Part shown: positions 38,689 to 50,660 of the stretch, piece by piece | Layout: every line of letters starts with the position of its first letter | Position numbering within the stretch: position 1 is the stretch's first letter | Assembly (NCBI GenBank): GCA_964016885.1 | Contig: OZ024742.1 | Coordinates: 142,724,001 to 142,788,000, forward strand | DNA from: Eledone cirrhosa | Taxonomy: Eukaryota | DNA: 64,000 nt | Direction: 5' to 3' | Notes under the pieces: generated by a model | Databases searched by the model: none | What the model saw: the letters and a program-made list of their open reading frames with translations, nothing else | Told to the model about the DNA's origin: nothing | Made by a program: the position numbers and the translations under genes

Positions 38689-39496
38689 TTAATAAACCGA
38701 CATAGACAGCACAAATACAATCATTTTTTCAGTGACAAGAGGTAGGATTTGAACTCAGAATGTTCAGAGTCAGAACAGATACTACAAAGCAATATGTCCA
38801 ACACTATAACAATTCTGCCAATTCCCTGCTACTTTAATTATTGACCCAGCACTCCAAAAGGACAAAGGTAAAGTTGACCTCGGCAGGATTTGAACTCAGA
38901 GTACAGACAACTGGAACAAATACTGAGTTCTTGATTGACAGGTTTTATCTGTCATCTGGTTTAACACCACCATTTAGTCCTTGGGTACCTTTAGTGGAGT
39001 TCACTCTGTCATGGGTATTTCGGACTGGTTTGCAGTTTGAGAATAACTTCATCTTTTCTTCTCAACAATCACAACTAAATTAAAGTCTGTTTCAAGCACA
39101 GATGTCCATTGGGTCAGGAGCTTATCTCAGTTGTGTTGGCATTAAGTAACTGAGAGTATAAGACTTCTCTCTGGACAGGATACCAGGTTATTGCAGGATT
39201 ACCCCCCTCCCCCAAGCTGCTATTGGTACTTATTTATTTCAGCTGAGTGAACTGGAGCAATGTCTCAAGGACACAATGCACTGCCTAGTCCAGGAATCAA
39301 AACCATGAGTTTACAAACAAGCCCAATGTCCTAATCCCTAAACTGCATGCCTTCACACCAGTCTTAGATATTCTGAAAAATAAAAGCCACAGGCACTGTC
39401 CTTTCCCTCTCTGACTTTTTAAATAAAAAAATAAAAAAAGGAGAGAAAAAGGAGTAATTTACAGGTTCTGATATTGATGTCATTCTTCTATTCTAG

Positions 39497-39704
39497 AGAC
39501 TACCCTTGAAAGATTTCTCGCAAGAGATTCGAGCACATCGGGATGTTGACCACTACTTATGCAACACATTACTGTTGTTAGATGTAGAGGAGAGCAACAT
39601 GGAAGATATTGTACAACTGATGATTGATAAGGTTTTAGAAACCCGATCAAAGCAAAACCTTAACATGGCTGACCTCATGAAAACCATATTTGCAATGCAC
39701 AGAG
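39497..39704 (+). CDS. SLC4A11: SLC4A11-like exon, cytosolic domain
   Basis: ttctag|AGA ... G|gtaagt. Encodes RLPLKDFSQEIRAHRDVDHYL..., matching the SLC4A11 motif (K/N)F.EEIRAHRDLD. 208 nt, phase 0 to 1. Confidence 0.93.
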
Positions 39705-41162
39705 GTAAGTTATTCTCGAATAGTATCAATATAGGGTAGAGAAGACTTTTCTGTCTTGCTGAAAACATGACAACCTCTCTGGAACTGGTACTAGGCTGTA
39801 AGTACATTCTGTAAAGAAAGACAATATCTTAACAACTGTTCTTACCCTGATGCTGTGGTAGCTGTGATATGATCACAGATTAAAATACAGCAACACTAAA
39901 TATGTTTATTAAGCTTAATCATACTGTATATGGGTTAATCATCATCATCATCATCATCATCAGTTTATGTCCATGGGTTGGGCAGGTCCTTCTCTCCACT
40001 TGTCACGTTCCTTTCACATCTCCTCCATTAGCTTCAGTGATCTGAGATCAGCTCTCACCACTTCCATCCAGTTCTTCCTTCATCTTCCTCTACTGCAGTT
40101 TCCTTCCACTGGGATTTCTTGGCACTTCTTTACTCAACGATCATAACCCAGGCATATCATATGCCCTTACTAGCTCAGTCTCCTATCCTGCACATCATCA
40201 TCATTTTTATGTCCTCCTTTTACACTGGCATGGGTTGGACAAGTTGTCATGGTTTGAGACCAGACAGATTAGAGCAACCAATATGACTCATTACATTTCA
40301 TATTAGGTATGGTTTCTATGACTGGATGTCCTTCATAATGCCAACCACCTTATAGGGTATATTGGGTGCATTTTTCGGGATACCAGCATTTTACAGGGTG
40401 TTTTTTATCATGGCACCAAAACTAACATTTTTTAGGGTGTAATGGGTGAATTTTAGCATGTCACTAGCATGAGAGCAGTTGTCACATGCTAAGCCAAACT
40501 GGAGAGTCCTCTCAAACACTATATTGTCTCCATTTTATTTCCAAACACTGTAACCTCCAGTCTCTCAGCATATTTACTTGTAGTGCCACAGTTCTTGTAC
40601 TGACAGCTGGGTCTTTTGTATTATGGCTATAGCCAGTCAGCTTGATCCTGTGTCATCAGTTTCCTGAGGTCATTTCTACAACTTCATCCTATGTCTTCCT
40701 TGGTTTCTCTCTTTCACAGGTTCCATCCATCTCAAGCACCTGGCACTTTCTTTATACAACTGTCATTTTCCTTATGCATCACATATTTGTACTAGCACAA
40801 TCATCTTCCTTGCATGCAACATATATGCCTCATTTATTTATTCTTCCTCCTTTTCTTTCTTTTTCTTGTAGTAGATCTTCTGAGCAGAACCATTCAAGGA
40901 GTGAAGTTTTCTCAATTCAACACACTTCAATATGACCACACTTGGCTCTGTATGTTGTGAGTAATATTATAATGTGACAGTATCATGGTTATTGATTATG
41001 ATGATGTCACTGTTATTTTGGTTGTTGTCTTTCTTATTGTTGTCATTATTGTTTAGTAGCTCAAATCACCTGATCCTAGCATCCAATGGTATTATAGCCT
41101 GTGAATCATCTTATAATTGTGGTGTGTAAAGTAAATCCGGCATACTTAATGCTGCAAGCAAG

Positions 41163-41512
41163 ACAATCAAATCTCTACACACTACAATCAAAACTCTACA
41201 CACTACAATCAAATCTCTACACACTACAATCAAATCTCTACACATTACAATCAAAACTCTAGACTCTGTAATAAAAACTCTACACACTACAATTAAAACT
41301 CTACACACTACAATCAAAACACTACATGCTACAATCAAAACTCTACACACTACAATCAAAGCACTACATGCTACAATCAAAACTCTACACTCTACAATCA
41401 AAACTCTACACTCTACAATCAAAACTCTTCACTCTACAATCAAAGTGTAATGGCTGGTGCAATCAAAACTCTAGACGCTAATAAAACTCTACACTCTACA
41501 ATCAAAACTCTA
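41163..41512. repeat. Minisatellite, 21-bp unit (aaaactctacacactacaatc)
   Basis: Directly visible. Confidence 0.95.
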
Positions 41513-41744
41513 ACTCACCAAGTATCTACTCCATGCAATCAGGACTCTAACTCTTCAACTCTAAATTTATGTTGAGTAGAAGTAAACATAGAGCCTATAT
41601 TTAAATTTTTAGTTGTCAGAGAACAATCCCCATTGAAAAGATAGTTGGAAATTTACTGAGAGAGATTTGCCTGCAACATTAAACAGAACAAATGACTATG
41701 TACAAGTTCTCTTATCAGCTCTTATTTGTTTTTATTTTCTATTG

Positions 41745-42015
41745 GTTTTAACTAGAAGGGGATGTGTCTAAGGCCCTCACAGGCTCACTGAGGTTAATAT
41801 GACAAATGCTGCTATTGTTCTTCTTGAACTGTTGCAAGTAGACAGCTGCTGGAAAAACATGTGCAGGATGGGAATTCCAGAGAACTGACGTCCTTGAGAG
41901 GAAGGATTGAGTGTAGTAGCAAAGGCTGAGAGAGAGAAAGTAACAAGAGTGAAAACAGGGAGTGGACAGGTGAGATAAATAAGTCAGGAGTGCTTGAGTA
42001 GCGGTAACATAAGAC
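41745..42015 (-). mobile_element. 3' fragment of a CR1/Jockey-group LINE
   Basis: SFLSRTSVLWNSHPAHVFP....LQQFK matches the SFF.R....WNSLP...F.....FK C-terminus. Confidence 0.7.
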
Positions 42016-42372
42016 AAGCTATCTCTGTGGAATGGAGGTCACTATCATTCTCAACTGTTATCTACCCACTGAACCTAAAACCATATGGTTGTGAAGTGGA
42101 CTCTTTAACCACCCAGCCATTTTTTTATGGGTCATGATTGTGTCTTTGTGTTGTTGATGGAAACAAGATTGGTATTATCATGGTGATCTACATGGTAAAT
42201 ACACCCAGTACACTCTGCAAAGTGATTGGTGATAGGAAGAGCATCCAGTTGTAGTAAATTTGGCAAACAAATGGTCATTGGTGCCACAATAAAATACACT
42301 CTGTAGAGCATGGAAATGTATGTGAGATGTAGACACACGCGCACACACACACACACACACACACATACGCGC

Positions 42373-42408
<36 letters not shown>

Positions 42409-42588
42409 CAGTCCATCTGAGAAGTCAGTTGTTCTGCTTATGTACTGACTCAGTCTATAAAGACACAGGCCAACCTTTGCTATCGAAACCAGAAAGCCAG
42501 TGTTAAATTATGGTGGTGGTGGTGGTGTCAATGACAATCGTAATGATGAAGATGATGATGATGGTACCATTAGAGAATGTTCTTTCAG

Positions 42589-42625
42589 GTCTTTATACAT
42601 ATAGTCAGTGCAAATTTAGCACAAG
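42589..42625 (+). CDS. SLC4A11: SLC4A11-like exon, apparently lesioned; in frame only with the internal AAG|gtgtgt donor (ancestral-looking donor after 42660)
   Basis: tctttcag acceptor. LYTYSQC then, in a shifted frame, ANLAQGVYVMDDAWL resemble SLC4A11 VHLLSDT-IQG-...YQQSWL. The 37-nt form gives the phase 1 to 2 change that the flanking exons require. Confidence 0.6.
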
Positions 42626-44004
42626 GTGTGTATGTTATGGATGATGCTTGGCTGTGAAAGGTTAGGGAAAAATAAAGAAGTTTCATCTACATAGGAGTGG
42701 ACCGGGCATTGTATATCACCTACAAATACAGTTACCCCACTTTTTATATCAATGTATGCCTGTGCATAAGAGAGTGAGAGAGTGAGGTAGAATGAATATG
42801 AGAGAGGGAGAAAGAAGGGTAGAATATGGGAGAGAGTGTAAAATATGAGAGAGAAGTAGAGTCTGAAAAAGAGAAAAGTAGAGTATGAGATAGCTATAAT
42901 ATGAGATAGCTATATATATACATTGTTCTATGTACTATACATAGTATGAGATAGCTATATATATACATTGTTCTATGTACTATACATGCACCTTTGATGA
43001 GTTGTAGTGCACCTGAGCACTGTACACAATAATTTCATTATTATTATTATTATAATATGAGAGGGAGAGAGTGAGGTAATGTATGAGAGAGAGAAGGGGT
43101 AGAGTATGTGTGAGATATAGAGAGTATGAGAGAGAGTGTAAGAGAGAAAGACTGAGAGAGATATAGAGTGTGTGAGGGTTAGAGAGAGTTTGAAATAGTA
43201 TGAAAGATAGAAAGGTAGAATATGAAAATGAAATAGAATATAAGAGACAGAGAGGTGGTATGAGAGAGATATGAACTTGTCAAACCTTCAAGGTAAATAA
43301 ATTAATTTACAGTAAACTTCTGTTATCAGTTATACTTTGAAATGTATTGCTGTTCCTTGTAATTTGTTGTTTATACATACAAGAAAAGTAGTATTTCTTC
43401 AACACCACAAATAGTTTGTTCTTTAACTATTGTGTATATGAAGCATTTTTGTGATATATGGTTAACCCTTTTGTGACCATACTTCTAATGAAATACAATT
43501 CTTTTCAATCAATTAATGAAGAATTTTGAGTGATTTACTGAAATTATTAATTATTTATTGACTAAGATAGTAACTTAAAATTTGGTTCTTAAATAAAATT
43601 ATGTTGGGGGATTTAAAGAAACCCTTTGAAATGGGTATTTTTGGTTTCATAGAATTAGAGCTGGTTTAGGCAGGGCTGGTATCAAATGGGTTGAAATTGT
43701 TTTAAAAAAGTCAGTACACTACGAGCTAGAAAGAAATAAAGGAGCAAAAGTAGGAGTAAAGTAAGACAAACAAAACATTTTACATTGTTACCTTATATTT
43801 CACAATATTTGGAGGTTAGGACACCTTTTTCAAATGAAAGAAAATGAATTGTGATGGTAAGTTCTTCAACTATGCTTTTATATTCTTCACAAAAATGTTT
43901 ATCACAGATAATTTCTGTCATAGAATAAACCAGAATTATTTCTCCTTTATTTTCATCTTGAGCTGATTGTTATACAATATCAACCTCCACCTCACAATTT
44001 TTAT

Positions 44005-44335
44005 GTCTGCTATAGGAACAAGCATGGCTATAAGTGTGGACATGTCTATAGGTGTAGATATGGCTATAGCCACAGGTATGACTATAAATGTAGGCATGGC
44101 TATAGGCACAGGTAAGGCTATAGGCACAGGTATGGCTATAGGTATAAATATGGCTATAGGTGCAGGCATGGCTATAAGTGCAAGTATGGCTGTAGGTGCA
44201 GGCATGGCTATAGGTATAGATATGGCATTGGTACAGGCATGACTATAGGTGCAGGCATGGCTATAGGTACAAGTATGGTTACAAGCACTAACATGACTAT
44301 TGGTGCAAGCACGGCTATAGGTGCAGACATAACTG
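44005..44335 (+). repeat. Minisatellite, 18-bp unit (ggcatggctataggtaca-like), running into a SINE head
   Basis: Directly visible; last unit continues as tgtgtgattaagaagttcacttcacaaccatg. Confidence 0.9.
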
Positions 44336-44393
44336 TGTGATTAAGAAGTTCACTTCACAACCATGTAGTTTCACATTATTAAACCTTGGTTAA

Positions 44394-44650
44394 CCCTTTT
44401 GATTCCAAACAATTTCAAACTGCTCCTAGCTCTATGATACAAAACTGTTTGTTTCAATTTATTTATATTTATCTAAAAAATATTCCATCTTAATTTTATC
44501 TAAGAACCTCTGTTAAGTTATATTCCAAACCCAAACTTAGTGATGAGAAAGTTAGCTATATTTCTAAATCCTTCCAAATTATTGGTTATTTTCAAAATGA
44601 TTTGAAAATCATAAGCATTGTCTTTCTTTTGAAATATAGTAACAAATAGG
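44394..44650 (+). mobile_element. piggyBac-type MITE (inverted sibling at 43466-43690)
   Basis: TTAA flanks, CCCTTTTGAT left end, family interior. Confidence 0.8.
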
Positions 44651-44768
44651 TTAAGGGGGAATGTACCACTAATTCTAGAATGGTCACCATCTACAGACAA
44701 ATAGTTATATTTTCTTTTATATTTTCTACAAGATATACCATTGATATTTCTTCTCTCTTTTAATCTAG

Positions 44769-44892
44769 ATGTGAATGGCCAACTGTAATAAAAAGACACA
44801 CAGTAATAGTCAGACTACTTCATCCTGTCAATATGGGTAGTACCAGTCAAGAAGTTGTCTTTGTGATTTTGGTTGTAGCTTCCAACAGAGAG
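44769..44892 (+). CDS. SLC4A11: SLC4A11-like exon, cytosolic domain
   Basis: ctag|A ... GAG|gtgggt; 124 nt, phase 2 to 0. CEWPTVIKRHTVIVRLLHPVNMGSTSQEVVFVILVVASNRE aligns with SLC4A11 C...KRHV.I.RL..P.NWG....EV.FVILVLAP. Confidence 0.92.
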
Positions 44893-45383
44893 GTGGGTAT
44901 ACATATTTCATCTCCAGTGACATCTTATATATGCTGCAGTAACATTTTTTAGATATTTCTCCATGAAAGTGGATTTGATCTCCATTTGTTCCCATAAAAA
45001 CTAACATCAAATATGATATTTGATAACATCATTTATTAACAGTATGACGGCAGCATTTATTACATGCAGTATCATAACATTATGAACTCAGGTATGGTTG
45101 AATGGTTAAGAAGTTTAATTTACAATCATAACGCTTGGCCAAACTGTGAGGCATCTGGGACAAGTGTCATTCACCAAGCCTTGTGAGCGTAATTGTATAG
45201 AGAGAAACTGTATTGGAAGCCAGTCGAATTGTACCTGCAATTCAAAGAGCCAACCTTAACACACACTGTGTCATGCTGAATCTCCCTGGGAATTACGTTA
45301 AAGATATACATGTCTGTTGAGTGCTCAGCCATTTGCACATTAATTTCATGAGCAAGCTGTTCCACTAATCAAACAACTGGAAC

Positions 45384-45561
45384 CAGTAGCGTAGTTAGAG
45401 GGGGAGAAGGCAGTCCACCTTGGGTGACACTTTTATGGGGGCAGCACTTTTGGGTCTGCTTTAAGAGTGAGTCACTGAGAAATATGTATTTTTTGTGGGG
45501 GGCCCAGAGGCAGCAAACTGAAGGGCTTCCCCAGGCAGCACACACTCTAGTTATGTCACTG
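45384..45561. mobile_element. hAT-type MITE nested in a family-B SINE
   Basis: Perfect 8-bp TSD actggaac (45376-45383 and 45562-45569); imperfect 17-bp TIRs CAGTAGCGTAGTTAGAG / CTCTAGTTATGTCACTG. Confidence 0.88.
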
Positions 45562-46425
45562 ACTGGAACACTCATTGTTGAAACTGAATATGGCAATATC
45601 AATGTCTCTTAGACAGCCAAATCTGCAGCCAGCATCTAATTTATATTGAAAATATTCCTTTTCACTTATGTTACTAGTGGAGGTGGCAAGTTGACAGAGT
45701 TGTTAGGGTGCCAGATAGAATGCTTTGCAGTACTCATTCTAACTCTCTGTGCTCTGAGTTCAAATGTAGCTGATGCCAACATTACCTTTTATCCTTTCAA
45801 GATCATACCAATCTGGATCTCTCTCTTACTCTCTCTCTCTCTCTCTCAGAATTGAGTGTGGTCAAATGTGGATAATGCTGTTTACAGACAGGAGAGGTTT
45901 AAAATATCCAAAGCACACTACATGATGGTGCCTCTATGATCCTCCCTCCATTAGGCCTTATGAGATCAGTGACAAATGTTACTACTATTCACAATGAGCC
46001 AATGAAAGAGTCTTTAAGTGGGTATTTCACCTGTTAGAAATAGCAGCCAACTCTCCTTCAACTCACATCTTACCATTTGGAAAAAGAAACAGACATAATG
46101 GATATAATGGATAATGTACTCTGAGATACACTATTCTTGAAAACAAATGACTGGGTGTTTATGACTTAAATGTCTTTTCTTCTTTTAAGGTCAATAATCC
46201 ACTACGGGCGGTGGATTGGTGGAATTGTTAAAGAGTTAAACAAGATACCGTGTGATATCTGTTCCAGTTCTGTGCATTCTAAGTTGAAATCCCACCACCT
46301 GTCACCAGAAAACCGATGATGCTTCTGCTAGGAGTTGTAACCAACAGCTAGTATCAGCAATGGAAAAATCAATGGAAACAATTTACTTGGTCCAACTTGA
46401 TAATCAGCTTCTTTCCTTTCCTTAA

Positions 46426-46633
46426 CCCTTTAGCATTTACATTACTCTATATATACTATTGTATTTTCACAGTAAATACTTTATCTCACATAATATCAAA
46501 TATACGATATTTTGATATTATCTATTTTGAAAACAATATCTTAACATAAATATGAACAGCCGGTTACAGCCAGTTTGAACAGAAAGAGGTGAGAGAATTT
46601 TGGCTGGATATGGCCGGTTTAAATGCTAAAGGA
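46426..46633. mobile_element. Second piggyBac-type MITE family
   Basis: TTAA|CCCTTTAGCATTTA ... TAAATGCTAAAGGA|TTAA; an inverted relative starts at ~63837. Confidence 0.85.
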
Positions 46634-47996
46634 TTAAATAGCTGCAAGTCAATAACTGTTATTAAGATTCTAAAAGGCTAAACTATTAATAAAAAAGCAG
46701 CATCAAATAGTCAAGCATTGCATTTCATGAAACATCACTGTCTTCAATTTGTACAGCTGAAAATTTGAAACTTTTCCAATTTAGTGTATGAAGTAGTTAA
46801 GAGAAAGAAAGGATACTAAGCAATATTAATGTTTTCTTAAAGTAACTTGAACATGTGGCTTTCAGCTTTAGTACTTTTAGTACTTTTGAGGTCCTAAGCT
46901 CTTATGGTGTTATCCTTGAATAAAGTCTGCCAAAAATATAATTTGAGTAAAATAGAGCCCCTCTTCTCTTGATACTCTAAGTATGTGTTTATTTTGCTTA
47001 ATGGTCAATCCAGCCCTATTTTGTTCCAATGCATGACACATATCTTCTACTATAGCCTCAGTTTTGTGAGTGAAATTTGGTTTGCCAAACTGTGCAAAAG
47101 CCTGTCATGTATTGAATGTGTGTGAGAGCGTGTGTATGTTTATGCCTACCTCACTTAACAACCAGTGTTGTTGTTTTTTATCCGATGACCTAGCAGTTCA
47201 ACAAATAGAAATCAATAAAATATAACAGACTTTAAAAATACATATGCACTGAAACCCATAAAAGAGCAAAAGAGAGTTCATATAAAATATTAGAATTTCC
47301 AGAACCATTCAATCAATGCTCATGTGTCATCATCATCATTCTCAACTATTACCTGCCCACTGCAAAATGAAGGCTTCCCCTATGTGGTACAAACTGATCC
47401 TCTCCTGTGCAGCTCTCTTATCGATCTCATCTCTCGATCTTATCATCTGTCTTCTTCAACTATGTAAACCTGTGTCCCCATGGTTCCCACCCAATATAGC
47501 TTTCTCTATCTGCTGTCATTTGTTCATGTCTAGCTTGTATATACTATTAAATTAAGTTTCATAAACTAACCTCTATAAAAAAAAAACGCTAAACAAATTA
47601 CTTGCTCTTACTGAAATTCTAAACTATATAATCTATAAAAAAATGATTAAAGAGAATTTGATTACAGCTGTCGTTGGCATAAAAAACAATTGACTGTAAT
47701 ATGGTTTATTCTGGTTATAGTACAAGAAGAAATAGGTTAAAACATAGTAGTAATAGATTGAAAGAATCTATATTGGTAAAAAATAAACAGGTGTTGTGTC
47801 AATTGATGTAATTATGGAACTGTGACAGTAATCTCAAACACAACTTTGAGGGGACCATGACAGTTTCTAATTTCCAGTATCCTCAAACCGTGACTAGAAT
47901 TTGCTGGTGCATGTATCAGGTTTAGAATTGGTACACCATATCCTTGTGCATTGTAGAAGGGAATTAAAGAGTTGATACAGAGGCGCGCACACGCGT

Positions 47997-48031
<35 letters not shown>

Positions 48032-50315
48032 TATACTTTGTTTTTATATATATTTTGCAAAATTCTTTATGTGAAATCATGTGTTGAAATAGATATTGTT
48101 ATACTTTGGGAGGGTCATACTGCCAATAAAACACATGCTCAAGTTCTGTTTCACTTTAGTTTAATATTAGTCAGGTAACTTACTGAATAATGGATTTTTT
48201 TTACCTGACTGATAATAAAAACTGAAGATAGTGATGATGCTATTTGCAGAGTAAAAAATAAAAAAATAAAATTTACAAATAGCTAAGATGTCCTAACGAT
48301 GACGATAACTATTTATTTAATGTAGGTTGTGCTGACATGGCATTGTCAATTCTCTTTGCAACCACATTGTTTTGGATTTGATACACTACGTGACACTTTG
48401 AACACGTGACTTCTTGACGAAAGCTTTGTGAGTGAAATTTACTGTTTAGTCAGGGAGGGAAAGGCAGTGCTTATGACGTCTTTTTACCTTCTTATGACCT
48501 CTGGGACTCAGTCTGGACAGAGCTGGAACTAATACCACAAATTATTTTATTCAAAACTCTAATGACTCTACCTGATAGTTTTGTGTGGATGTGTATGTGT
48601 TTGTATGCTTGCTCATCCATGTGTGTTTTTTGCGTATATTAGGGTGAGTATGTGCATGTGTAATTGTGTGTGTGCATGCGTGTGTGTGTATCCGTGTGTG
48701 TGTGTGCATGCACGTGTGTGTGCACATGTGTGTGTGGGGGGGGTCTTTTCTCCCCTCTCTAGTTTCTCCTCCTTCATATTAGTCTTAACATGAAACACTT
48801 GTAATAAGGTCAGCTAGTTATGTAAGTTGTTCACTACAGTTTCTATTGATCAAATTTTACACTATTTAGAAAAACAGGTTTTTTACCCTGAGTATTGAGA
48901 TTTATGTTGCGTTACAAATGTGTAAAACTAGAAAATTGTAGCTATGTGTCATTAGAACATCAGATAGAATGATTTACAGTATTCATTCCAGCATTCTGCA
49001 CTCTGAGTTTAAAACCCACAGTAGTTAACTTTGTCTTTAATCCTTTTGAGGTCAATAAAAATGTCCTGGGATCGATTCTTCCTCTATTTCTCTTTCACAT
49101 TTCCCTTCTATCACTCACTCTCCTTCTCTAGAAGAAATTGCCAGTGTTCAGACCTGGTGAGAGGATGATCTCTACCCAATACTGGACTTACCTCTAAACT
49201 AAATAAGCTATAGTTTAGGGCCACACACCCATGGGGTCCTCATTTTTTTAAATATATTTTTATTTTATCATTAGTCCTTATTCTTTAAAAACTAATGATA
49301 AAATGCTGCATCAGGAGTTACAGGTCAATACACATATACAAATGCTAAAAATATGTAATATAACCTACATATACATATATTTGTGTGTGTGTATAAATAT
49401 ATTGATACACATACAGGGTGGGCCACAATAAAATTATACAATAGATGACTCTGGATGGACCAGTATTACCATCAGTAGGAGTTGAAACTATGTTCATTTC
49501 AATGGCCAATGACCATGAAGTTTTGTGTTGTTTGCCAATATTGCAAAATTATCTGAGACGCATGCAGCTTGCCTCCTCTTCTTTTTTTAAGTTGCCTCAT
49601 TACCACGTCCACATCTCCTCACCTATCACATAACTATTGTGGGGCCACGGATTTTCAATAGACCCCTGAATCTAAGAAAAAAAGCTGCTAGAAGAAGCAG
49701 TCTATTTCTTCTAGCAGCTCTGTTATTCGCCAATAGTCCACCTTTTGCTATCCTTCTTCATGACCATAAACCACATGATATTTTCCCTTTTGAATCAACA
49801 ATCAATTTTTTCTTAGATTGAGGTAAAGGATAGACACCCTATATATAAGTTTATACTTATATATATAAATATGTATCTCTATGATTTTGTTATATATATA
49901 TATATTGATTTTCTCTTGTGGCAAGGAAAAGTTAAGTCAGTTTTCCTGTTAATGAATATTGCAGTTTTCTGTCGCATATGCAACCTCTCATGGAGACAGA
50001 GTTGACAGTTGTGGCCCCTGCAATGCTATGGGGGTACTCTGTCCAGAATGCTCCATTTAATGCTGGGGATGTTGTGCCCTTGTTCACAGGGTTTCTATAT
50101 GAAATGGGACAAGAAGGGAGAGTTCTCTTTCTTCCTACATCTAAAAGAGTGTGCCTGCCAGGTAAATCCACCCTTGAACTCATTGGCTATTTAGGCCCAT
50201 ATAGTTCTTCTGGAAGTCATCTGGTGATATGAAGGTGGCTCTGTAGAACATGGCTTTTGAGAGGAGGCAGGATCCACCCAAAGGGCACCCTTTAGTTACC
50301 TCTTGCACATGCAAA

Positions 50316-50660
50316 AATATGTACTTAGTGTTTATTTTATTCTTTTATATCATACTTTGAGAGAAGTAGTGTCACAGGTTTCTAACTAGTCAATCATAGG
50401 TTTACTTATGTGGTCCATGTAATTTGGATGGAATAAAACAAAAAAACACAGGTTTATAAATGTTTCTCTTTATGGTGTATACCTATTCTAAACTAGATAT
50501 ACACCATAAAGAGAAAAATTTATAAACCTGTGCTTTTTTTTATTCCATCCAAATTACATGGACACATAAGTAAACCTATGATTGACCAGTTAGAAACCTG
50601 TGACACTACTTCTCTCAAAGTATAATATAAAAGAATAAAATAAACACTAAGTACATATTT
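50316..50660. repeat. Long palindrome, ~165-bp arms, ~18-nt loop
   Basis: aaatatgtacttagtgttta...tatggtgtat mirrors atacaccata...taaacactaagtacatattt. Confidence 0.95.

Noticed and set aside
43936-44242. Ala/Ile/Pro/Met-rich ORFs
   Set aside because: Translations of the 18-bp minisatellite.
49413-49620. TA-CAGGGTG start suggesting a Tc1/mariner end
   Set aside because: No matching second TIR or convincing transposase motif could be read; left unannotated.
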